DNA of 64,000 nt, taken from positions 20,524,915 to 20,588,914 of the forward strand of contig NC_057718.1 of the NCBI RefSeq assembly GCF_004010195.1, in the 5' to 3' direction. The stretch comes from Chiloscyllium plagiosum (taxonomy: Eukaryota). The first letter of the stretch is position 1, and the number at the start of each line of letters is the position of its first letter. The notes beneath the pieces are model-generated. The model saw only the letters and a program-made list of their open reading frames with translations. It ran no database searches and was not told where the DNA came from. Positions 37,894 through 49,867 of this stretch are shown piece after piece. The position numbers and the translations under genes are program-made.

Positions 37894-39299
37894 GAATTAG
37901 AGTGGTGCTGGAAAAGCACAGCAGTTCAGGCAGCATCTGAGGAGCAGGAAAAACAACATTTTGGGCAAAAGCCCTTCATCAGGAATAGAGGCAGAGTGCC
38001 TGCAGGGTGGAGAGATAAATGAGAGGAGGGTGNNNNNNNNNNNNNNNNNNNNNNNNNNNNNNNNNNNNNNTGAAGGAGGCCCAGGACCTCCATGTCCTCG
38101 GCAGAGTCGGAAGGGGAGTTGAAATGTTGGGCCACAGGGCAGTGTGGTTAATTGGTGCAGGTTCCCAGAGATGTTCCCTAAAGCGCTCTTCTAGGAGGCG
38201 TCCAGTCTCCCCAATGTAGAGGAGGCCGCATTGGGAGCAACGGATACAATAAATGATATTGGTGGATGTGCAGGTAAAACTTTGATGGATGTGGAAGACT
38301 CCTTTGGGGCCTTGGATGGAGGTGAGGGGGGTGGTGTGGGTGCAGGTTTTGCAATTCCTGCAGTGGCAGGGGAAGGTGCCAGGACGGGAGGATGGGTTGT
38401 TGGGGGGCGCGGACCTGACCAGGTAGTCACGGAGGGAACAGTCTTTGCGGAAGGCGGAAAGGTGTGGGGAGGGAAATACATCCCTGGGGTTTGTTTGGAG
38501 GTGGCGGAAATGTCTTTGAATGATTTGGTTTATAGGAAGGTTAGTAGGATGGAAGGTGAGCACCAGGGGGATTCTGTCCTTGTTACGGTTGGAGGGGTGG
38601 GGTCTGAGGGCGGAGGTGCCGGATGTGGACAAGATGCATTGGAGGGCATCTTTAACCACGTGGGAAGGGAAATTGCGGTCTCTAAAGAAGGAGGCCATCA
38701 GGTGTGTTCTGTGGTGGAACTGGTCCTCCTGGAAGCAGATATGGCGGAGGCGGAGGCGGAGGAATTGGGAATACGGGATGGTATTTTTGCATGAGATAGG
38801 GTGGGAAGAGGTGTAATCCAGGTAGCTGTGGGAGTCAGTGGGTTTGTAAAAAATGTTGGTGTCAAGTCGGTCGTCATTAATGGAGATGGAGAGGTCCAGG
38901 AAGGGGAGGGAGGTATCAGAGATGGTCCCCCAGTTTCCTCACTTCCCCTTCCACCACCTCACCACAGTTCCAACCTTTCAGCTCAGCACCGTCCCCATGA
39001 CCTGTCCTACCTGCCTATCTTCCTTTCCACCTATCCACTCCATCCTCCTCTCTGACCTATCACCTTCATCCCCACCCCCACTCACCTATTGTACTCTATG
39101 CTACTTTCTCCCCATCCCACCCTCCTCTCATTTATCTCTTCACCCTGCAGGCACTCTGCCTTTATTCCTGATGAAGGGCTTTTGCGCGAAACATCGATTT
39201 TCCTGCTTCTCAGATGCTGCCTGAACCGCTGTGCTTTTCCAACACCACTCTAATCCAGAATCTGGTTTCCAGCATCTGCAGTCATTGTTTTTACCTAAG
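37894..39299 (-). mobile_element. Penelope-like element: RT C-terminus + GIY-YIG endonuclease, with inverted pLTR and 11-bp TSD
   Basis: LPFLDLSI..FYKPTDSHSYLDYTSSHP; CRNCKTC; NIIYCIRCSQCGLLYIGETGRLLEERFREH. 37894-38032 is the reverse complement of ~39117-39256. TSD tgcctcattgt at 37883-37893 and 39300-39310. Confidence 0.92.
39163..39200 (+). ncRNA. Minimal hammerhead ribozyme motif in PLE pLTR (partly decayed)
   Basis: CTGATGA-a-gggc-tttt-gcgc-GAAA-cATC-ga. Core intact; one mismatch each in stems II and III. Confidence 0.6.
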
Positions 39300-40366
39300 T
39301 GCCTCATTGTACAAATATACATTTTCACTGAGCAATTGGAAAACATTTATTGTCGACTCCTCATTTCAGCTTTTTTTTGACAGTTTTCACAAATACTTTT
39401 GATGAGACTGTATGCTAGCTGTAAATCAAAACTAACTTGTAGCTACATGGTTTGACCAATGGGTAGCATGGAACACAAAGAAACCTTCTCTTGTGCACAA
39501 TAGTTGTTTATTTTGTTTTGCTGTAATTTATTCTTTCACCTTCAAGCTCTCTGTTTGCCAACAAGCCAAGACCTATGAGAATACAGAATGAAGATTAATT
39601 GCATTTCTACTGCTCCTGCTGATAAACTATGTCCAAACTGTACAATTTAGTTAATCTCTTGAGGTGGACCAATAAACACATTTAAGTAAGCTATTCCCTG
39701 TCATGCCCAATTGCTTGGTCTCTTTGAAATGTTATTAGTTCCCCAAAGACTAATTTAAGTAATAGCTTTGACATCATATTCTTTTGCTCCAATTTTCACC
39801 TTCCCAATTCTCCAGGACAGTAGTAATCCATGTTGGGACATGTCTATCCAAGTACTATCAGCCTTTCAGCACCTCAACCAACCAAGCAGCCATTCTTTGT
39901 AATTCAACATCATTGGGCTCTTCCACAAGCCAATGTAACAGTTGAACTCAATGCTATCTTTGCGTAATTTCCAATTGTGCACAATTTAAAACGTGATTCA
40001 ATAATAGCAGTCTGAAGTTGGAGCCTTCCCTGGCTCAAAGTTATTGAAGTCGTTGACATCATCTCAGTGCGTGAGTGAGATTGAGATCATGGTTTTATCT
40101 AGTATTTAATACTTGCAGCATCTGAAAAATGTGGATTTTGTCATAGTAATTTAAACTGAACACTGTCACAATTCACAACTATTTGCTCAGATAAATGTGC
40201 AGAAGGACTTTTAGACTATTGGACAGGATAAGGAGTTACAAATAAGGGGAGAACTACATTTTCTCTGTGGAAAACCAGGGAACATTCTTATTTCTTACAC
40301 AAGAAATAAGACAAAAGTCATACAGAAGAAATAAAGCAACTAATTGAGAGGGCTCAGCTTCCCAAT

Positions 40367-41015
40367 TGGCAGCATGGTGGCTCAATAGTTAGCGCTGCTG
40401 CCTCAACACCAGGGACCCAGGTTTGATTCCAACCTCAGGTGACTGTCTGTGTGGAGTTTGCACATTCTCCCCATGTCTGCATGAGATTAGATTCCCTACA
40501 GTATGGAAACCGGGCCTTCGGCCCAACAAGTCCACACCGATCTTCCAAAGAGTAGCCCACCAAGACCCATTCCCCTACCCTATGTTTACTCCTGACTAAT
40601 TCACCTAACACTATGGGTAGTTTAGCATGGCCAATTCACCTGACCTGCACATCTTTGGATTGTGGGAGAAAACCCATGCAGACATGGGGGGGGGGGGAAA
40701 ATGTGCAAACTCCACACAGACAGTCACCCGAGTTGGGAATCAAACCCAGGTCCCTGGCACTGTGAGGCAGCAATGCTAACCACTGAGCCACCGTGATTCC
40801 TCCAGATGCTCTGGTTTCCTCCCACAATCCAAAAATGTGCAGGTTAGGGGAATTGGCCATGTTAAATTGCCCCTAGTGTTCAGGGATGTGTCGGTTAGGT
40901 GCATTAGTCAGGGGTAAATATTGGGTAGGGAAATGTCTCTGGGTGGGTTACTGTTCGGAGGGCCGGTTTGGACTTGTTGGGCCGAAGGGTTTGTTTCCAC
41001 ACTGTAGGGGTTCTA
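40367..41015 (+). mobile_element. HE1 SINE (+) containing an antisense HE1 SINE (~40484-40795)
   Basis: The outer copy breaks at ...ccccatgtctgcatg and resumes at ttcctccagatgctctggtttcctccc. The inner copy is a reverse-complement HE1. Confidence 0.9.
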
Positions 41016-42469
41016 AATTTTAATCCATTTAATCCAATATTCATGCCAAAGTTAAAATCATGCAATAATAACATTGGAGCCTAATGAGCACAAATTAATT
41101 AACACCTTATTAAGTATGGGCAGATATTTTAGTAAATTGTTCATGATGGTTAATTAAAATTGGATACGATATAAACCAGTGAGCGTTGCAACTAAAATAA
41201 CCCAAGAAATTTTAGCCCAAGCCTGACCAGCATGCTGGTCACTCTTCCTCCCTATATTAATGATAATTTGCTCAAACTTGGGATTTTTTACAGTACAAAA
41301 TCCATAGAAATTGGGAAAACAAATAATGTTAAATAATTGTTTACAATATTATAGGAGTTCCCGGTACTGCCACTGATGGATAACATGGAACTGAAACCTC
41401 ATGCTTTGTTTTAAACAGGTTGAAAACAGAGAAGTGCCAAAATAAACACCAGACTTTTAATTTGTGTAATCTTTTCTGAGGTAGGTTTGCAAGCCAATTC
41501 TTTATTTAATATGCAAGTTATTTGACACTGCCAGAGAAACAGTGATACATATAGAGAGACAGATGAGGCAGCTTAGTAAATAAGCAATAAGATCCTGATC
41601 AATGTGTCATTAATCTCAGTTAACTAAAGGTATTGGATCCTGTGACTTTCAAAATAGAAGAAGTAAAGGTAATGCATTAAATATGGCTTGGAGCGGATCT
41701 CAGATAAAGGTGACAATAGTGATACTAGAAGTGGCCTCAACTTCCCTGGGCTGGAGATGAGACCAATCAATCCAGGTTCTTGCTCCTGATAATTATCTAA
41801 CAACCACTGCTGGATAGTGCATGATTTAGTATTGGGTTGATCGCGGTCAACCTCATTTCTGTTCATGTCAACAGGCTTCTGGCACTTATATCCAACACTA
41901 TGAAACTGATATCCTAGAATGAATCAGTATCTTCAAGACAGAAATGAAGAAAATTAGATCTAATTAAATGTGGTTTGTGCTGAAGAATGTATGAGAAAAG
42001 CAGCCACTTCTTTTTGGAATGTCATTGTCTGGTATATGAAGTCACCAACTATGTCTGTGTCGTTTTCATACTGCAAGAAATTTCACTTTTAGTTATATTC
42101 TTAGTTTTTTACTTTAAATTGAAGTAATGCAAGGTATGAACAGAACTGTCACTAAAGGACTAATTCTGAGTTCTACATTCCATCTGGCAAGATTCCAACA
42201 TAACTTGCCTCACAGAAACAGTCAAAAATTTAATACATATTATTATCTACATTTTGTAAATGAAAATACAATGCTAAAAAGAATATTACTTGCTATGAAT
42301 TCATGAAAGGACTTTATTTGACATCTTGACAGGTAAAAATCAATTAATTCATGAATATACCATTACACTAGAGATTGGAATACATTTTGAGACTCAATTA
42401 TTTTGTTTAAATGTACTTGTAGATTTCTAATGGAACTTCTCACTTCAGCATGATACTCTGGTTATGGGT

Positions 42470-44021
42470 GTGCAGTTAAATTTAGAAGTAATCTCTTTGC
42501 TGGGCTATTCCATTGTTAGCTTTGCTGAGAGATGGAGAAGACTGGCAGTTTAATGTTCCGGGATTTAGATGTTTCAGGCATGATAGAAAAGAATGTAAAA
42601 GAGGTGAGTGAGTTGTGTTACCGATTAGGGAGAATATCACAACTGTACTGAAGAAGGACATATGCAGTGAGGCCATATGGGTAGAGCTCAGGAATAGAAT
42701 CCCTTCAGTGTGGAAGCAGGCCATTTAGCCCATCAAGTCGACACTGGCCCTCTGTAGAGCATCCCACCCGGACACACCCACAATCCCGGTAATCCTACAT
42801 ATCCCATGGCTAATTCAGCTAACCTACACATCGTTTGACACTACAAGTCAATCCATCTAACCTGTATATCTTTGGACTGTGGGAGGAAACCTGAGAACCT
42901 GGAGGAAACCCATGCAGATGTGGGGAGAATGTGTAAACTTCACATAGACATTCATCTGAGGGGGGATTCGAATCCGGGTCCCTGACACAGTGAGGCAGCA
43001 GTGCTAAGCACTGAGCCAGTGTGCCACTCTCATCGTTAGAGGGAGGTCAGCAATGAGAGTTCTAGCAGGTAAAGGAGCATGAGTGGTGACCAGCGACCGA
43101 GCAGAGAGGCCAGGACATCACGAGAGGAAGGTCGGTAGCGAGAGTTCAATTGACAGAAAGGAAGGGTACAGTCACTTTGATGGAATTGTATTACAGGCCT
43201 TCCAACAGCGAGTGGATCAGAGAGAAAGTGATATGTAAATAAATTATGGAAAAAATATAAAAACAACAGGTTGTTGTAGTGGATGATTTTAATGTCCCTT
43301 GTATTGACTGGGACTATCTTAATGCCAGGGGCTTAAATGAGAGGAATTTGTAAGGTGCATCCAGGAGGATTGCTTGAGGCAATGTATAAATTGGGGATAG
43401 AGGCCATACCTGACCTGGTGTTGGGGAATGAGCCTGGCCAGGTGATCGAAGTTTCAGTGGGAGAGTATTTTGGGAACAGTGGGCATAATTCTGTAAGTTT
43501 TAAGTTACTTATGGATAAGCATAAGAGTGTCCTTGGGTGAAAATACTAAACTGGGGAAGGCTAACTACAACTATATTAGGCAGGAACTGGGGAAATGTAG
43601 ATTTGGCCTGTCTGTTTGAGAGTAAATCTACATTTGACATGTGGGAATCTTGTAAAGGCCAGTTGATCAGCATTTAGGACTAGCATGTTCCTATTAAAAG
43701 GATGGTAACTATTTGGTAACCTTGAATGAAAAGAGAAATTGTGAGTTTACTCAAAAAGAAAAAAAAAAGGAGGCATATGTATAACCCCTCAAAGAGTATA
43801 AAGAAAGTAGGAAAGCGCTTTAAACAAGGAGTAGGAGGGCTAAAGGTAGCCATAAAATGTCCTTGTTACATAGGAAAATGCCGAAGTATTTTATATGGAT
43901 ATAAAGAGCAAGAGGGTAGCTAAGGAAAAAGTAGGTCCACTTAAGGACAAAGGAGGGAAGTTGTGCTTGAAGCCAGAGGAATTGGGTGAAGTCAATAACA
44001 AATACTTTGCATTAGTATTCA
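42470..44021 (+). mobile_element. CR1 ORF2 endonuclease/tether fragment interrupted by HE1 SINE (42694-43027, -)
   Basis: DWQFNVPGFRCFR, DLVLGNEPGQVIEVSVGEYFGNSGHNSV and YFALVFTK motifs, homologous to 22100-23560. Confidence 0.85.
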
Positions 44022-45240
44022 CAAAAGCTGATATTGGAATTAAAGATACAGATTAATTTAAGGGTTAGGATTTCCCCACTGCCTGACATGTATGGCTTCT
44101 CTGGCAGAACTTGACTAAACCTTTGTGTAGTCCTGGCCATTAAAAATGATTTAACATTTTAACCTGTGTTTCCTAATACCTAGGTTATCTGGTATTAGAA
44201 TTTTGTGAGCCACTTATAAAAAAATTTATTATGATGCTCATTTGAAACAATCAGGTGAACTGTGAGAACCTGTAACTGCTGATTTCTGTTTCTGGCCACT
44301 TGATTAACATCATATCTGACACTTTCTCTTTGATTTCATACCCTTCAACTTTGTTAGCAAGCCTATTGTGTGGCAATTTGTCAAATGTCTTTTGACAGTC
44401 TATATACACCACATCAATCTCATTACCCTTTTTAACCATCTTTGGTATCTTAATCATAATTCTGATTAGCCTTTCAATAGGAAGAATGTTGTTAAATTTG
44501 AGAGGGTTCTGAAAAGAATTTCAAGGATGTTGCTGTGATTGAAGGATTTGAGCTATAAGGAGTTGTGAATAGGCTGAATGGGACTAGATCAGTTTAGGAT
44601 CTGGTCGACATGGAGGTCATAGAGTCATAGAGCTGTACAGCACCGAAACAGACCCTTCAGTCCAACAATTCCACACTGACTGGATGTCCTAAATAAATCC
44701 AATCCCATTTCCTAGCATTTCCCTCATAGCTCTTTGAACCCTTCCTATTCATACATTGATCCAGATGCCTTGTAAATGTTGTAATTGTACCAGCCTCTGC
44801 CACATCCTTTGGCAGCTCATTCCATACATGCACTGTACTCTGCATGAAAAAGTTGTCCCTCAGGTCCTTTTTCCCTCTCACCTTAAACTTATACCCTCTA
44901 GTTTTGTACTGTCCCACCTCAAGGAAAAGACCTTATCTGTTCACCCTATCCATGTACCTCATGATTTTATAAACCTTTATAGTATCACCCCTCAGCCTCC
45001 AATGCTCCAAGGACAATTGCCCCAGCCTATGTAGCCTCTCCCTATAGCTCAAATCTTCCAACCGTGGCAACATCCTTGTAAACCTTTTCTAAACCCTTTC
45101 AGGTTTCATACTATTTTTCCTATAGCCAGGAGACCTGAAATGCATAAAGTATTCCAAAACTGGCCTAACCAATGCCCTACACTTGTTGGACTGAGAGGTC
45201 TGTTTCCATGCTGTATAACTCTGTGACTCTATGACTCCAC
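44022..45240 (+). mobile_element. Chimeric unit B (Gypsy INT antisense + CR1 RT antisense + CR1 3' sense), with a nested antisense HER1 at ~44617-45180
   Basis: Colinear with 14711-15668. The CR1 tail resumes at 45181 after the insertion. Confidence 0.8.
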
Positions 45241-47640
45241 ATATTATGGCTTATTGCCCCAGACTATCTTATCAGAACAGTTCCAACTGAGAATGGTTTA
45301 GCACCCAGACTGATATTCCCATAGTCCCTGTCTGGCATACCAATAATCCCTGAACGCATTGCATTGGACCTGCAGACTGACCATGGCCCAATCTAAGGAC
45401 AAGGGTCCATAGACAGTGATAGGACCCAGCACTTATCAACTGTGACCAATTACCTGTAGAGTAATTAGCCCATTGACTAACTGTGCCACTTACCCCTGCT
45501 TGACTGTGGTTCTCCCTTCACCCAACTAAGACTGCTCCCTTTGATTTTCACACAACACTTTTTGCTTGAAGCACATGCATTGTCTTAGCTGCATAAGACA
45601 TTCGCACATGCTCCAGGTGTGAAATTGATGTAGCATAGTGCCAAATGGCAACGTGTCCACACCTTTAACTGTTGACTGTTCAGTGCTTGCCTCTTCCTCT
45701 GCACTTAAAAACGATGCAAATCAAATATGCTGACAGCTTGTAATTGTGCTTTGAAAAGCCTGCATGTTAAGAAGCAATGTCACCATATAGAGGCTTCCAA
45801 TTTATGAATCAGTGCTGCTAAGAAAGCAACATGACACTCACAGAAGCTGTCAGCCACTAAGTAATCACAATATGAGTGAGCACTAAGAAAGCAAGCTAAG
45901 AGCTATAAAATATATCCTGCGCAGATGCATGAAATGCTGGCATATACCTGCACAAAAGTGACCTGACAGAAGAATTCAAATTGTAGGTGCCCCTGAGCTT
46001 CAGATGAAAGTGTTGGAGGTCTGGATTGGTCTAAGAGTTGGTCCATGATGATGTGATGAAGCTGGTGAATACCATATTGGCCTATACTGGCTTGCATAGA
46101 CAAAAGGAGGATGGTATCTGTGGAATTTGCAGAGACTATTGGTGATGAAATAGTTGGCTGATGACCAGGACAAGAAATCAATGAGCTGCAGTGCCAGGTA
46201 CTCTGACTTACATGTCTGGAATTTGCACCATCTCATTTTTTGGGCAAGGAGAGAACTGGAAGTGATGTATAAATAAGATGAGTTGTGGTAATAATGAGAT
46301 ACAAATATAGGTAAAAATAATTAGTCTCTATACAATGGTGAACTTCTAAAATTACTATTTAGGGTTCAAGGAAAAATTGCACACATTTCTCTGTTGAGAT
46401 TTGGATTTTTTTTTCATTTCTCTGTATTTTCCCTGTTTTCTCACCATTGCTCATGCAAAACCAGGAAAGAAAAATCCTTCATTTATGGTGCCAGAAACAT
46501 CCCTTTTATTATGTTTTCTGAGACCTTTGCAATGCAGCAACATTATTTTACAGGTTATGTGCCAAAATAGCTATCAAATATGAATACATCTATAATCTAT
46601 GAGATTTAATCATCTATTTACTCGGAGATTAAATATGCTGGAGATAAATCTCATCATTTAGCCCTATCTTAGATGACAGTAAAAAAAATTTTACATTTGG
46701 CTACTTTGTTAGAAGCATAGTTGAATAAAAACTGGAACATAGAAAGGGATTAACACCTCTGTTGTACGCTACAAACCATTATTCTTCTCCCTGGATCTTT
46801 CCCATTTTTCAAGGAACAAGCAAACCTCCTCTGCCTTTGGTTCAATTCCATTTTGTTTTCCTGCTTCTTATGACATTAATGGTTCTATGAGTTTGTGCAT
46901 TGTCTTTAACTGAACAGAAATAACAGTTTTTATATGCATTCGTATTTCTTTAAATTTTCTTATCAACTGCATTTTCCTAAAATCTCCCAAATCTCCTTGT
47001 AGTTTGTGTTGTGACAGTGTCTTGTATATTGTCCAGTTTTTAATATACTTAATTTCAGCTCAAACACAAGACAGTCTGTCATGTGCATTGAAGGTTAAAA
47101 ACTGTAGCAGTTGCTTTTGGAACTTGACTCATTAGCAAGTACAAAATAACAGACCTATATATGATATCTGAAGAGTAGGGTCACCTTCTATCTGAAACAA
47201 CACATTAACAAGATCACTTGACCTGCTCAGCAATGCAGCATGCTTAGGTTTCACTGCATCATAACACTCTGTACATGACGAGACTGGTGCTGAGACTAAG
47301 TTGTTCTCAATGGCATTTTATTATTCTTCCAAAAACTGTTCATACCTGCAACTATAAATTTTTGTTCTGATTCCCACTTTCATCAATGATTCCTCACTTT
47401 TAAAAATGCCCACAGCTTTCTCCAATGGCTTATGGTTAAATGCATCATGTAGTACAAAACCAAAACTTGGAAGCTCCCAAGTTTCCGCTTCTGGTTTGTG
47501 CTGTTAGTTTATGTAAATAAAGGTTAGCTGTGATGGCAAAGCTGATAGCCTTGGCATCCCTTAGCTAGTGACGGCCAAATGAAAAGAATTTTTGCTTTAA
47601 ATCAATATCGTTCCTTACAGAAGGGGAGAATAAATGATTG

Positions 47641-47801
47641 AGGAGAAAGTGAGGTCTGCAGATGCTGGAGATCAGAGCTGAAAATGTGTTGCTGGAAAAG
47701 CGCAGCAGGTCAGGCAGCATCCAGGGAACAGGAGAATCGACGAGAAGGGCTTATGCCCGAAACGTCGATTCTCCTGTTCCCTGGATGCTGCCTGACCTGC
47801 C
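47641..47801. mobile_element. 161-bp PLE-derived palindromic mini-insert with 15-bp TSD
   Basis: TSD gagaataaatgattg at 47626-47640 and 47802-47816. Perfect 38-bp arms at 47705-47742 and 47763-47800 enclose agaagggcttatgcccgaaa. Confidence 0.9.
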
Positions 47802-48629
47802 GAGAATAAATGATTGTCAGGTGAGCAAAGATTAGGAGTAATATCCCATGATTTCAAATAGTCTGCCAATACTCATCGTCTGAACTCACATGTAGACTAG
47901 TTCACTTGGGCATGGTGATGGAGGACCATCACTGCTTCTGGAACTATACCCCAGCCAAAATGTACTTCCTTGCTATTTAAGGAATTAAGGCTATGCATGT
48001 GCCCTAGCCAAGGATATTTTAATTATAGGTGTTATTAGACTACAGGGCTACCAATTAACCTGTTAAATAATTAATGTTAAATATCTAAGAGAAACTAAGA
48101 GCTCGTTAGGAAATCCAGGCATATATTTATCTAGTCAGAGTTTTATTTTTTACTCACATTCCACAATTCCAAACACATTGATTAATTGTTTCTGATATAC
48201 ACACCCAGTCAAATTCTGACCCAATTATTCTCTAATAAATACATCATCATCTGCCCCTTAGCTATAAAATTGATCTCAGACATCCCTGCCAGACCTTACT
48301 TAATGGTGACAGATTCCAATTTTTCTTTTTTAAAATAAACATATAAATCATAATAATGAAAAAAAGCCCAGCAAAATAGTAATATATTGTCCAGAACCAC
48401 AATATATTATACTCACACTTCTTTTAGAGTCCAAAGTTCCTTTTGGAGTTTCTTAGAGCTTGGTCTTTTCTTCATAAACCAATTAGACCAAATAGCTGAC
48501 TGCTATTATCCATCCATTTCAACTTGGCGAATTCTCCACATCTGTTTTAAAACTGCAATATTGTTCCTCAGTCCCTTTTCATTCACATATTTTGTTGAAG
48601 GCATGTCATCCTAAAGTTACTTATTCACG

Positions 48630-49866
48630 AGTTAAGAGCAGAATTAGGTAATTCAGCCCTTCAAACCTGCTCTGCCATTCAATAAAAGCACAGCTGATCT
48701 GTGTGTTCCAAATTCCACATTCTTATCAGCACCAGATAACCCTTGAGTTCTATGTTTAACAAGGATCTATCTATCTCTGCCTTAAAAATATTCAATGATT
48801 CTGCATCGACTGTCCTAAAGTCCAAAGTCACATAAAACTATGAGAGAATTCTCTTAGTCTTTGGCCTAAAAGGGTGGCCACAAATTTAAACTACAGCATT
48901 GTATGGTATTGCTGTTGAATCTATTTTTTGAATTCCATCCAATATCTTCACAAAGTAAAACTTTGTAACTATCCCTTCAATAAGGGTAAGAGCTTTAGTC
49001 TCTAGGCTATGGTTTACTACTGTCTGGATTTTTCCATAGATTCACTGTCATACAAGAGAGGGAAGTCTTTCTCATCTTTGTCTCAAGTGTGCAACCCGTT
49101 ATTCTGAGATTATGCCCTCTAGTCCTAAATTGTCCAACAAGGGGAAACAATCTTTCTGCATTTATTCTGTCAAGTCCCCAAGAATCTTGTATGTTTTAAT
49201 AAGGTTGCCGCTTATTCTGCTCAACTCCAATGAGTACAGGCTGAATCTATTCAACCTCTCATGAAGACAGTCCATCAATACCATGTATCAACCTAGTGAA
49301 CCTGTTCTGGACTGCCTCCAATGCCAGTATATGTTTCCTTGGATAAATGGCCCAAGGAAACATATACAATGGCTGTGGTCTGACTAGTGCCTTGTGTAAT
49401 TTTAGCAAACTCTCACTTCTTTTATATACCATTCCCTTTGAAATAAGGCCAACATTCAACTGGTCTTCTCCCATTACCCCTGCTGTAACTTGGATGCATG
49501 CATTTTATGACTCATGGACAAGGACTCGCAAACAGCTTTCTGCAGTCTTTCTCCATTTAGTAATATTCAGCTCCTCCTATATTGCATAACCTCACGTTTT
49601 CCCACTTTATATCCCATTTGCCAAGTTTATGCTCATTCAATTAACCTGTCTAAATCTCTCTGCAGACTCTGTTATCCTTATCATTTGCCTTCCCACTGAT
49701 TTTTGTATAATCCTCAAAAAGGGCTATAGTATATTCACTTCCTTATCCAAGTTATTAATATATATTGTAAATAATCATGGCCTCAGCATTGATCTCTGTA
49801 GCACTCCATTAATTACAGGTTACCATCCTGAAGATGTTCCCCTTATTCCAATACTCTGTACTCTAT
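48630..49866 (-). mobile_element. Older CR1 ORF2/3' fragments
   Basis: LLKLHKALVRPQ..LEAVQNRFTRLI; tail aagagcagaattaggtaattcagccc. Confidence 0.75.
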
Positions 49867-49867
49867 T

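Noticed and set aside
45950..46260. Harbinger-associated Myb/SANT remnant
   Set aside because: Resemblance too weak to support by eye.
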